A DNA stretch of 25,737 nt from Chthoniobacteraceae bacterium. GTDB taxonomy: Bacteria; Verrucomicrobiota; Verrucomicrobiia; Chthoniobacterales; Chthoniobacteraceae. The stretch spans positions 1 to 25,737 of the forward strand of contig JANNWY010000128.1 of assembly GCA_031409335.1 (NCBI GenBank), given 5' to 3'. How positions within the stretch are numbered: the stretch's first letter is position 1; the number at the start of each line of letters is the position of its first letter. The notes under the pieces are model-generated. The model did no database searches. It worked only from the letters and a program-made list of their open reading frames with translations, and was not told where the DNA came from. The position numbers were made by a program, and so were the translations under genes. Shown here one piece after another: positions 18,003-25,737 of the stretch.

Positions 18003-18169
18003 TCCGGGTAGCACGCTCGTCCCGAGCGTTGGCGAAGGCGTCCCGCCTTCGTGGACTTTCATAACGTGTCGTCCCGGAATTTCGTTCACGCCCTTCGCAG
18101 CGCTGCGTTTGGGAAGTTCGTTTTGGCGGGACGCCAAAACCTACGCTCGGGACGAGCGTGCTACCCGGA
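18003..18169. repeat. GTAG-type REP doublet (REPIN-like inverted pair)
   Basis: Perfect 27-bp inverted repeat at 18003-18029 and 18143-18169 (TCCGGGTAGCACGCTCGTCCCGAGCGT). Each arm is GTAG-C followed by two hairpins with TCC loops. Confidence 0.88.
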
Positions 18170-20263
18170 TTCCTCCGCATAAAATCTCCCTCCATTTTTC
18201 GCAATCTCCACCAGCCGCGCGCACGGCGCGTAGTGCGGCGCGGTCGCGGCGAAGCGCGCGAGTTCATCCACCACGGTCTGCGCCCCAAGCGCATCCGCAT
18301 ACCGCAGCGGCCCGCCGCGGAAGGGCGCGAACCCGGTGCCCATTACCATCCCAAAATCCACGTCGCCCGGCGTCTCGACGATGCCTTCCTCCAGCGTGCG
18401 CGCGGCTTCGTTCACCATCAGCAGCGACATGCGCCGCGCGAGTTCTTCGCGCGAGTGCGACGACGATGCGTGCGCGGCGGCTTCGGGATTTGGCTTCGGC
18501 TCCGCGTCTTTCGCGTGGAGATAGAATCCCTTCCCATTTTTCTTCCCGAGAAAACCCCTGGCGATCAGCTTGCCGAGGATTTCAGGCACGCTCATCCAGC
18601 CGGGAAACGCCGCGCTCAAGGTGGCCGCGACCTCGGCGGAAACATCGAGGCCCACTTCGTCGATGAGCCGCAGCGGACCCATCGGCATTCCGAAATCAAT
18701 CATCGCCGCGTCGATCGCCTCCGCGCTTGCGCCGCGCTCGAAAAGTCGCGCGGCCTCGGTGAGATACGGCAGCAGGATGCGGTTCACGAGAAAGCCGGGG
18801 CTGTCTTTCACGAGCACTGGCAGCTTCCCGATTTTCTGCACGAATCGCAGCGCGCGCTGCGCGGCCTCCGGCGCGGTGTCGCGGCCCGTGACGACTTCGA
18901 CGAGCTGCATCCGATGCACGGGATTGAAGAAGTGAATACCGACAACGCGCGCGGGGTTTTTTGTGGCGGCGGCGAGTTCGGTGATCGAGAGCGCGGAGGT
19001 GTTCGTCGCGAGCAGCGTGTCGTCGCGCACTTGTTCATCGAGACGGCGGAAGATCGCTTTCTTGATCTCCATTTTTTCGACTGCGGCTTCGATCACGATG
19101 TCCGTGCGCAGCAGTGGCACTTCGGTCGGAGTGGGGGAAATGCGGGCCATTCCCGCGCGGGCTTCGCGTTCGGTGAAAGTGCGGCGTTTCACCGCGGACG
19201 CATACACGCTGGCGGCGGTCGCCATTCCTGCGGCGACGCGCGTGGCGTCGATGTCGCGAAGAATCACGCTCACGCCGCGGGCGCTGAGCCATTGGGCGAT
19301 GCCGGCTCCCATGATGCCGGCGCCGATCACGGCGGCTCGCTCGACGGGCGGGGCGCCCGTCGGACCGACAGCAGCCGGGGCGGCTGCGCTACTTCGCTTC
19401 TTCGCGCGTTCATCGAGGAAGAACAGATTGAGCAACTGCCGCGTCGAATCTTCCGCGAGCAATTCGCCAACTGCCTCGCGCTCGCGCTTGAGCGACGCGG
19501 CTTCATCCCAATCAGATGCGCCTTGCATCACGACTTCCATCGCCTTTTTCACGGCGGGATAGTGTCCGTGCGTCTTCGCCTCCACATCGTGCCGGACGTG
19601 ACGCCCAATCACGGCATCGACGACGGCGTTCACCGGAGCGGAGTGCGTGAAGCTGTGCGGGCGCTTGCCGCGCGCCAGCCACGCGCGTGCGGCGCGGAGC
19701 AAATGCGCGCGCGGTGCGACCTCGTCGATCACGCCGAATTTCAGCGCGTGTTTCGCGGCGAGCGTTTTTCCGCCGAGGATGATGTCGAGCGCCTTTGGCA
19801 CGCCAATGAGCCGCGGCAGCCGAGTCGAGCCACCCCACGCGGGCAGGATGCCGAGTCTGGTTTCTGGGAGACCGATCTTTGTGCAGGCATCGGGCGAGGC
19901 GATGCGCCAGTCGCACGCGAGCGCGACTTCGCAGCCGCCGCCGAGCGCCGCGCCGTGCATCGTGGCGATCGTGGAAATCTTGAGCGCGGCGATTTTGTTG
20001 AAGACGGTCTGGCCGAGTTCGATGAACGCCGCGACTTCGGCGGCGGACATTTTGCGGATGCCGTGCAGGTCAGCGCCGGCGACGAAGATCGCATCCTTCG
20101 CGCTCGTGAGCACGAGGCCGCGGACTTGCGGGGGGATGTCGTCGAGCGATGCGCCGAGTTCTTCGAGTGTCGCGCGGTCGAAGATGTTGGCGGCGGAGTT
20201 GGGGCGGTCGAAGGTGAGGATGCAGAGGCCGTCTTCGGTGATTTCGCGGCGGAGGTTTTGCAT
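18161..20263 (-). CDS. fadJ: Multifunctional beta-oxidation enzyme alpha subunit (enoyl-CoA hydratase / 3-hydroxyacyl-CoA dehydrogenase), FadJ/FadB family
   Basis: Crotonase motifs FVAGADL, ALGGGCEVALACD and GLPETRLG. HAD motifs VIGAGIMGAGIA, IEAAVE, TNTSAL, GIHFFNPV and PGFLVNR. fadJ is preferred over fadB because of the FadI-like neighbour; this choice is not certain. Confidence 0.93.
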   Translation of the reverse strand: MQNLRREITEDGLCILTFDRPNSAANIFDRATLEELGASLDDIPPQVRGLVLTSAKDAIFVAGADLHGIRKMSAAEVAAFIELGQTVFNKIAALKISTIATMHGAALGGGCEVALACDWRIASPDACTKIGLPETRLGILPAWGGSTRLPRLIGVPKALDIILGGKTLAAKHALKFGVIDEVAPRAHLLRAARAWLARGKRPHSFTHSAPVNAVVDAVIGRHVRHDVEAKTHGHYPAVKKAMEVVMQGASDWDEAASLKREREAVGELLAEDSTRQLLNLFFLDERAKKRSSAAAPAAVGPTGAPPVERAAVIGAGIMGAGIAQWLSARGVSVILRDIDATRVAAGMATAASVYASAVKRRTFTEREARAGMARISPTPTEVPLLRTDIVIEAAVEKMEIKKAIFRRLDEQVRDDTLLATNTSALSITELAAATKNPARVVGIHFFNPVHRMQLVEVVTGRDTAPEAAQRALRFVQKIGKLPVLVKDSPGFLVNRILLPYLTEAARLFERGASAEAIDAAMIDFGMPMGPLRLIDEVGLDVSAEVAATLSAAFPGWMSVPEILGKLIARGFLGKKNGKGFYLHAKDAEPKPNPEAAAHASSSHSREELARRMSLLMVNEAARTLEEGIVETPGDVDFGMVMGTGFAPFRGGPLRYADALGAQTVVDELARFAATAPHYAPCARLVEIAKNGGRFYAEESG
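19342..19392 (-). repeat. Single GTAG REP-like double hairpin embedded in frame in the FadJ-like CDS
   Basis: Minus strand reads GTAG-C-GCAGCCG-ccc-CGGCTGC-tgtcggtc-CGACGGGCG-ccc-CGCCCGTCG, the same architecture as the arms at 18003-18169. Confidence 0.75.
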
Positions 20264-20299
20264 GGGTCAGGAATTGGGGACGATCACCGAAGAGGGAGG

Positions 20300-20425
<126 letters not shown>

Positions 20426-20429
20426 ATTT

Positions 20430-21662
20430 TCAGTTTGAAGTTCGTTCCAGCCAGAGCGCGCCGCCCTGCCCGCCGCCAACGCAGAGCGTCACGAGCGCGC
20501 GTTTGGCATCGCGTCGTTGCAATTCTTTCAAAGCGGTGAGGACCAGCCGCGCGCCAGTCGCGCCGACCGGATGACCGAGCGCGATGCTGCCGCCGTTGAC
20601 GTTGAGTTTCTCATCGGGAATCGGCACGCGCTGAAGCACGGCGAGCACTTGCGCGGCGAAGGCTTCATTCACTTCAATGATGTCCGCGTCGTCCGGCATC
20701 AGGCCGCAGCGCTTGGCGGCGCGGTCGATGGCGAAGACGGGACCGAGGCCCATGCGCGCGGGATCACAACCGGCGTATGCGTAGTTCGTGAGTGCGCCGA
20801 GCGGCTTGTAGCCGAGTTCGGTTGCGCGCTGTTCGGACATCACGAGGAGCGCGACCGCGCCATCGGTGACTTGCGAGGAATTGGCTGCGGTCACGCTGCC
20901 ATATTTTTGGAAAACAGGACGCAGCCCCGCCAGCACTTCGGGCGTCTGATCGTTGCGCGGGCCGTTGTCTTTTACGATCGCTTTGCCGTTGAGAAAGACG
21001 GGCGCGATTTCTTCCGCGAGCCGCCCCTCCGCGGCGAGCGCGCGCTGGTGCGAGCGCATTGCGAACGCATCCTGCGCCTCGCGGGTGATGCCGCCTTCGC
21101 TGGCGAGAAGTTCCGCGGTGTCGCCCATGTTCAAGCCGCTGACCGGATCGGTGAGGCCGAGCTTCAGGCCGACCCGCGGCTCGAAGTCGGCGAAGCGGAA
21201 TGTGGAGAGCGCGGCGAGCTTGCGCGTGGCCGATTTCGATTTCGCGAGCGCGCCGAATTTGCGTGCCGTTGCATCCTGAAAAAGCAGCGGCACCTGCGAC
21301 ATGCTTTCGGTTCCACCGACGAGGAAGACGGAACCGCGTCCGGCGGCGAGACGTTCGGCAGCGGTCGTGATCGCTTCAAAGCCGGAGGCGCAATTGCGAT
21401 GCACTGTGACGGCGGGGACGGATTCGGGAATGCCCGCGCGCAGGGCGATGACGCGCGCCACGTTCGCCGAGTCGGCGGGCTGTGCGACGCAGCCGAAGAT
21501 CACTTCATCGATCAGCGCGGGATCGAGACCGGTGCGGGTGAGCAGCGCGCTGGCGGCGAGGCGTCCGAGTTCGTCCGCGCCGAGCGCGGCGAGATCGGTA
21601 CCGGCGCGGCAGAAGGGTGTGCGGAGACCATCGACGATGACGAGACGGGGAGGAGTTACCAT
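20430..21662 (-). CDS. fadI: Acetyl-CoA C-acyltransferase (3-ketoacyl-CoA thiolase), FadI-like
   Basis: Starts MVTPPRLVIVDGLRTPF. Motifs NCASG (Cys), MGDTAE, NEAFA, GHPVGATG (His) and CVGGGQG (Cys). The track's 26-aa N-terminal extension is repeat and intergenic sequence. Confidence 0.93.
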   Translation of the reverse strand: MVTPPRLVIVDGLRTPFCRAGTDLAALGADELGRLAASALLTRTGLDPALIDEVIFGCVAQPADSANVARVIALRAGIPESVPAVTVHRNCASGFEAITTAAERLAAGRGSVFLVGGTESMSQVPLLFQDATARKFGALAKSKSATRKLAALSTFRFADFEPRVGLKLGLTDPVSGLNMGDTAELLASEGGITREAQDAFAMRSHQRALAAEGRLAEEIAPVFLNGKAIVKDNGPRNDQTPEVLAGLRPVFQKYGSVTAANSSQVTDGAVALLVMSEQRATELGYKPLGALTNYAYAGCDPARMGLGPVFAIDRAAKRCGLMPDDADIIEVNEAFAAQVLAVLQRVPIPDEKLNVNGGSIALGHPVGATGARLVLTALKELQRRDAKRALVTLCVGGGQGGALWLERTSN

Positions 21663-21705
21663 TTTGGTTTCGGGGAAGTTTGGGAGTGGAAACCGAGGCG
21701 GGGGA

Positions 21706-21838
21706 CGCCTGCGGCGGGCTGAACATCGAACATCGAACATCGAACATTGAACATCGAAGGAGGAGGCTTCCGCATGCTGCCCTTCGATGTTCGATGTTCG
21801 ATGTTCGACGTTCGATGTTCAGCGCCGCAGGCATCGTC
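21706..21838. repeat. Heptamer-armed palindromic element, copy 2 (133 bp)
   Basis: Same termini and orientation as copy 1, with (GAACATC)5, a different 24-nt spacer and (GATGTTC)5. Confidence 0.92.
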
Positions 21839-21871
21839 GATCACGGTATTTCGCTCGTGTGGATTCATATT

Positions 21872-23356
21872 TCAACGTGCAGCTTGGACCGTTGCCGGAG
21901 GGCGGTGATCGACCACTCGCTGTTCTTTGAGCTGAGTGCCGACGCCCTGTTTGCGCTGGAGTTCCTCCATCGGGTGAAACTCGATGCGGTTCGGGTGAAT
22001 CTCGGTTTCGCTGACGAAGCGCTCGTTCAGTTTTGCGCGCAGCTTTTCATCCTCGCATCCATCGCTCTTGGCGACGTGAAGGATGAGTTCATCGACTTCG
22101 AGCGGATCGTCGTGGCGCTTGCGGATTTCGAGCTGCCAGGTGGCGACGTGCTCGGCGTTGTCGAGGACGTGTTCGAGATGGTTGAAATCGACGAGCGTGC
22201 CTTTGAGTTTGCCGAGTTGAAGGTCGCGGATTTCCGAGTTGCGCGAGATTTCACCGACGAGGCGCGGCACTTTTCTTCCACAAAATGGACACGGCTCGTG
22301 GAAGAGTCCGCCGTCGATGCAATCGCCCGTGCGATAGCGCAGCACGACGCTGCCGCGCGAATCGAGCGGCGTGAAAACGATCTCGCCCGGCTCGCCTTCG
22401 CCGCGCGGTTCACCCGTCTTCGGATCGACGATTTCGATGAGCGCGAGGTCGGGATGGATGTGGTAGCCCGCCGAGCCTGCGTCTTCGTGAAACGGACACT
22501 CGGCCCACGCGAGTTTCGCCTCGGTGAAGCCGTAGGTGCGCAGCACATCGACCTTGTCCGCGCCGAGCCGGCGCGCGAGTTCACGGAGTTTGCGCCGCAT
22601 TCCGATCGGCGCTTTTTCGCCGCCGAGCACGATCATTTTGAGATTCGGCAGTGCGAAGCTGTCGTCCGCGAGCTGGCTCAGGACGTGGTAAAGAAACGTC
22701 GGCATCCCGACGATCACGTCGGGTTTGATCTTGCGGATGAGCCGCAGGTTTCCGTCCGTGCCCATCGCTTTTCCGCCGCCGGTATCGAGCATGAAAACGC
22801 CGAAGCCCGCGCTCGCGTAGTGCGTGATCCAGAACGCGAGATGCGGCGCGAACGGGAACAGATTCATCATGCGCATTTCTCGGCGCGAGCCGCACACACG
22901 CATCACGCGCGCGCCGGCGAGTTCGAGATTGGCGATGTCGTGCGCGGTGTAGAGAAATGGCACGGGCGCGGAGGAGCGGCCCGTGGTGCTCGTCATCAGG
23001 ATCGGGCGGAACTCGCGATCAAAGCCATCCGCCACCGCCTTGCGTCCGCGGACGAGCGCTTTTGCGATCGTGTAGAAACGGCGCGCGAGCACTTCCTTGT
23101 CGGGCATGAGCACGAATTCGCGCACGGGTTCCGCGCCGTCGGGGCCGGGATGAAAGTCGCTTTTTGTCGTGAACGGGATGCGGCGGAGATCGTCCGGCGA
23201 ACGCAGCGCAGCGGGATTGATGCGCTCCTTTTCAAAGAGCCGGCGGTATTGCGCGGAGAACGGGATGACCGTGTCGGCGAGAAACCCGCGCAGGCGGTGG
23301 AGCTGCCATTCGCGCAGCGATTTCGAGTCAGAGGGCCAGCGAGAGTTGAGGTTCAT
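21872..23356 (-). CDS. Phenylacetate-CoA ligase (PaaK)-like adenylate-forming enzyme
   Basis: DDLRRIPFTTKSD, variant P-loop TSTTGRSS, LGGE, TYGFTE, EIVDPKTGE, GEIVFT and LRYRTGD. Start placed at ATG 23356 (MNLNSRW), overlapping the patatin 3' end by 29 nt. Confidence 0.85.
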   Translation of the reverse strand: MNLNSRWPSDSKSLREWQLHRLRGFLADTVIPFSAQYRRLFEKERINPAALRSPDDLRRIPFTTKSDFHPGPDGAEPVREFVLMPDKEVLARRFYTIAKALVRGRKAVADGFDREFRPILMTSTTGRSSAPVPFLYTAHDIANLELAGARVMRVCGSRREMRMMNLFPFAPHLAFWITHYASAGFGVFMLDTGGGKAMGTDGNLRLIRKIKPDVIVGMPTFLYHVLSQLADDSFALPNLKMIVLGGEKAPIGMRRKLRELARRLGADKVDVLRTYGFTEAKLAWAECPFHEDAGSAGYHIHPDLALIEIVDPKTGEPRGEGEPGEIVFTPLDSRGSVVLRYRTGDCIDGGLFHEPCPFCGRKVPRLVGEISRNSEIRDLQLGKLKGTLVDFNHLEHVLDNAEHVATWQLEIRKRHDDPLEVDELILHVAKSDGCEDEKLRAKLNERFVSETEIHPNRIEFHPMEELQRKQGVGTQLKEQRVVDHRPPATVQAAR

Positions 23357-25433
23357 TCGTGCGGTTGCGGGTGAGGGATTTGAGTTCGGGCAGTTGCGCC
23401 TCGGCGACGCTGCGGCCGAGGGCGATGTGCTTCTTCGGATTACTGAAATCGTGCCACACGGCCTCGCCACTGAGCGGGCGCAGGACGATGTCGGCGTCGC
23501 GCGCGGAGGCTTCGGCGACGCGGGTCTGCGCGCCGTTGATCGCACGCATCATGGTGTCGATGATGTTGCCGCTCGCGCCGTAGTTGAGGTGCGCATTCAC
23601 GAAGCGGCCAATGCCTTTTCGCTGGCGCTCGCGACCGTTGAGTTCACGCCGCGCGTCGAGCCAGTAGCGGATGCGCTCGGGCGGCGGGATGACATTCACC
23701 GCGATGATGTGCTCGATGCCCATCTCGGCGAGCACATCGACCGGCAGCGGATCGGCGATGCCGCCATCGATGTAAGTCTCGCCATCAATCGTCACCGGCA
23801 CGCAGACACCGGGAATCGCGATGCTTGCCTCGACCGCGGCGGCGACATTTCCGCTGGAAAAGACAACGCGCTCCAGCGTGTCGAGATGCGTGGCGACGAT
23901 GCGGAGCGGGCGGATGAGTTCGGAGAAATGCGCGTCGTCGATATGATGGCTCAGTCGCGCGGCAGCCTTGCGTGTTCGAAGAAAACCGCGCCGGGGAAAG
24001 AGCATCGGATCGAGCAGCCGGATGAATCCCCACTTTCCCTCGGTCTCTCTCGCGAACTTTTCCAGCCGCTCGCCATCGAGCCCGAACGCCCACACCGCGC
24101 CGACGTACGCGCCCATGCTCGCGCCCGCGATGCAGTCGATCTCGATGCCATTTTCCTCGAGCACCTGGATGACGCCGATGTGCGCAAGACCTTTCGCACT
24201 GCCGGAGGAAAGCGCGAGGCCGACGCGGCAGCGGGCGATTTCGCGGGCGAGGCGATTCATGGCGAGATCGAAGCGGCGATCCCGCGCCACCGCGGCATCG
24301 TGCAGGGGAAAGCCGCGCACGATGGAATGCACGGGATGTCCGAGGCTGCGCAACATTACGTTCATCTCCGGCGCGGCGATGGATTCCTCGGCGAAGAGGA
24401 TGGGTTTCACCTGCGCCACGGCATCCGCGCTGCGGGCGCCGAGTTCGCGGAGGAGGAGCTGGAAGGCGTAAAGATTCTGCATGCTCGGCTGGAGCAGGAC
24501 AAAGCCGAGATCGGCCTGCACGAGCGTTTCGAGCGTCACGCCGGAAGGGGTGTCGTGCATCAAATGCAGGAGGACGTAATCGTAGTGCCGTCCGCAATGG
24601 CTGAGCAGGGGAGCGACCGCGGCGACATCGCCGGACGCGATGGTCGCCGTGAGATGCACTTCGTCGAAGCCATCACCCGCGTGGACATTTGGCGTAAAGA
24701 AAAACGCGCCGTTTGCCGCCAGCATATTGAGCGGACGCGAGCCATTCGGATGCGCCGTCTGCGCGCCGAGCCGGACGATGAGCACGCGCTGGCGGGCCAG
24801 TCTGTGGAGCGACGCGGCGAGATGCCGCACCACCGCATCCGCACCGAGGCGCTCCGCCACCGGGAGCATCGCCACGATTCTGCGCACTCGTTTTCCGTCC
24901 TCGGGCGGTGCCCCTCCGCCGGTGGCGACCTCCTGCGAAAAGCGACCCGCGAGGCACGGATCGGTGGCGAAGAGGCCCGTCAATTCCGACGCGGGAATCC
25001 GCAGCAGCATGGCGTGGGTGATGACGAGCGCGGTCGAAGCGTGCGGTTCGCGATTCAGCAGTGCGCGCGAGCCCAGCAGATCGCCGGCACCGAAGATTTC
25101 GATCACTTCGGAAGCGCCGTTATTGCCGCCGGCGCGGGTCTCGCAGCGTCCGCTGAGGATGAGAAAGAGCGCGTCGCAATCTTCTCCCGCGCGAAAGATC
25201 ACCACGCCTTTCTTGTATTCACCCACCGCCCCGTTTGCGAGCAGGCGGTGCAGCGTTCCCGGTGGGAGCAGAGAGAGCAGGGGATGTGGCGGAAGCGGGT
25301 CCGCGCCGAGGGCATCGCTCTCCGCTCCGGCGGCCTCGGCCTGCTTCGGAATGCGCCCATTTTTGCTCCCTGGCATCACCGGAGCGACCTCGGCTGTCGG
25401 CTTTAGCTTCTTATTTCTAAGCCAAGCAAACAT
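23328..25433 (-). CDS. Cyclic-nucleotide-binding, patatin-like phospholipase/esterase (NTE/RssA-type)
   Basis: N-terminal cNMP/Crp-like domain (VIFRAGEDCDALFLILSG...GDLLG). C-terminal patatin domain with LALSSGSAKGLAHIGV, GASMG nucleophile and YIDGG. Confidence 0.9.
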   Translation of the reverse strand: MFAWLRNKKLKPTAEVAPVMPGSKNGRIPKQAEAAGAESDALGADPLPPHPLLSLLPPGTLHRLLANGAVGEYKKGVVIFRAGEDCDALFLILSGRCETRAGGNNGASEVIEIFGAGDLLGSRALLNREPHASTALVITHAMLLRIPASELTGLFATDPCLAGRFSQEVATGGGAPPEDGKRVRRIVAMLPVAERLGADAVVRHLAASLHRLARQRVLIVRLGAQTAHPNGSRPLNMLAANGAFFFTPNVHAGDGFDEVHLTATIASGDVAAVAPLLSHCGRHYDYVLLHLMHDTPSGVTLETLVQADLGFVLLQPSMQNLYAFQLLLRELGARSADAVAQVKPILFAEESIAAPEMNVMLRSLGHPVHSIVRGFPLHDAAVARDRRFDLAMNRLAREIARCRVGLALSSGSAKGLAHIGVIQVLEENGIEIDCIAGASMGAYVGAVWAFGLDGERLEKFARETEGKWGFIRLLDPMLFPRRGFLRTRKAAARLSHHIDDAHFSELIRPLRIVATHLDTLERVVFSSGNVAAAVEASIAIPGVCVPVTIDGETYIDGGIADPLPVDVLAEMGIEHIIAVNVIPPPERIRYWLDARRELNGRERQRKGIGRFVNAHLNYGASGNIIDTMMRAINGAQTRVAEASARDADIVLRPLSGEAVWHDFSNPKKHIALGRSVAEAQLPELKSLTRNRTNEPQLSLAL

Positions 25434-25441
25434 CTCAAAGT

Positions 25442-25469
25442 ATTATCGCACGGCCCGCGCGAATCACAA
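25442..25469 (-). promoter_or_regulatory. Candidate sigma70-type promoter for the patatin / beta-oxidation operon
   Basis: TTGTGA (-35), 16-nt spacer ending in TGC, then GATAAT (extended -10). It ends 8 nt upstream of ATG 25433, with no Shine-Dalgarno. Confidence 0.55.
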
Positions 25470-25599
25470 CCCGCGGGGCCACAGCGGAATCGTTTAGCAG
25501 ATGGCGCGCCGACCATGAAAAAAAGCCCCGGAGATCGCGAGCCGCTCTCGTCATCCGCAGATGTTTCCCAGCCGACGTCGCTTTCGCGGTGTGCGCATC

Positions 25600-25737
25600 G
25601 GACCTATCAGAAAGTTTGTGTGACCCGGCAAAAGAGAGGACACAAACGAGTGAGAAAAGCAAAAAGCAAAGAAGAAGAGAAAACGAACAAAGCGCTGGAT
25701 GAACTGATAGCGGAGCACGGGCACACGCCGGAGGCGA
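25600..25737 (+). mobile_element. Probable left end of an IS256-family insertion sequence (truncated by the window edge)
   Basis: GGACCTATCAGAAAGTTTGTGTGA resembles IS256-family terminal inverted repeats. It is followed by an abrupt shift to A-rich sequence, a GAGGA RBS and a transposase-like N-terminus. Only 138 nt are visible. Confidence 0.62.
25650..25737 (+). CDS. Putative IS256-family transposase, N-terminal fragment (partial)
   Basis: GTG start, giving MRKAKSKEEEKTNKALDELIAEHGHTPEA.... The LDEL...TPE segment resembles IS256 transposase N-termini. Only 29 codons are visible and it is not in the ORF track. Confidence 0.55.
   Translation, partial: MRKAKSKEEEKTNKALDELIAEHGHTPEA

Noticed and set aside
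23328..25433. Patatin plus cNMP domain as a CBASS or Pycsar anti-phage effector
   Set aside because: There is no CD-NTase or cyclase in the window. The patatin is NTE/RssA-like and its context is fatty-acid catabolism.
25515..25602. Possible riboswitch or terminator upstream of the patatin (CGC-GAAA-GCG loop and a T7 tract on the minus strand)
   Set aside because: The stems are only 3-4 bp and I cannot match a riboswitch consensus. The region also lies upstream of the candidate promoter. An Rfam/Infernal scan would settle it.

Overview
GC-rich bacterial DNA. Gene content and repeat style suggest a PVC-group organism, probably Verrucomicrobiota (inference). The window has five parts. (1) A lower-GC left block on the minus strand holds a partial SGNH/SASA esterase, a stand-alone homocysteine S-methyltransferase and a 5'-truncated NADPH-dependent FMN reductase. 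(2) A translationally coupled AttE/F/G/H-like module encodes an ABC ATPase, a double-FtsX permease and a secreted lipocalin-like CrtC/AttH protein. (3) A plus-strand run encodes YqhA, a PQQ-type beta-propeller, a phosphohexomutase, a small hypothetical protein, Lnt, a DUF2334-like deacetylase and a PHP-GT4 fusion. (4) A minus-strand lipid-catabolic operon runs cNMP-patatin, PaaK-like CoA ligase, thiolase, FadJ-like multifunctional enzyme, acyl-CoA dehydrogenase. (5) The right edge probably holds the left end of an IS256-family element. The most unusual signal is non-coding: every intergenic gap of the beta-oxidation operon carries a long palindrome. Two are heptamer-armed hairpins with unrelated 24-nt spacers that flank the thiolase. 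The third is a GTAG REP doublet that supplies a stop codon. A REP-like unit and a heptamer array also sit in frame inside two of the enzymes. No CRISPR array, rRNA, tRNA or defence system is supported. No database searches were run, so family calls rest on motif recognition.
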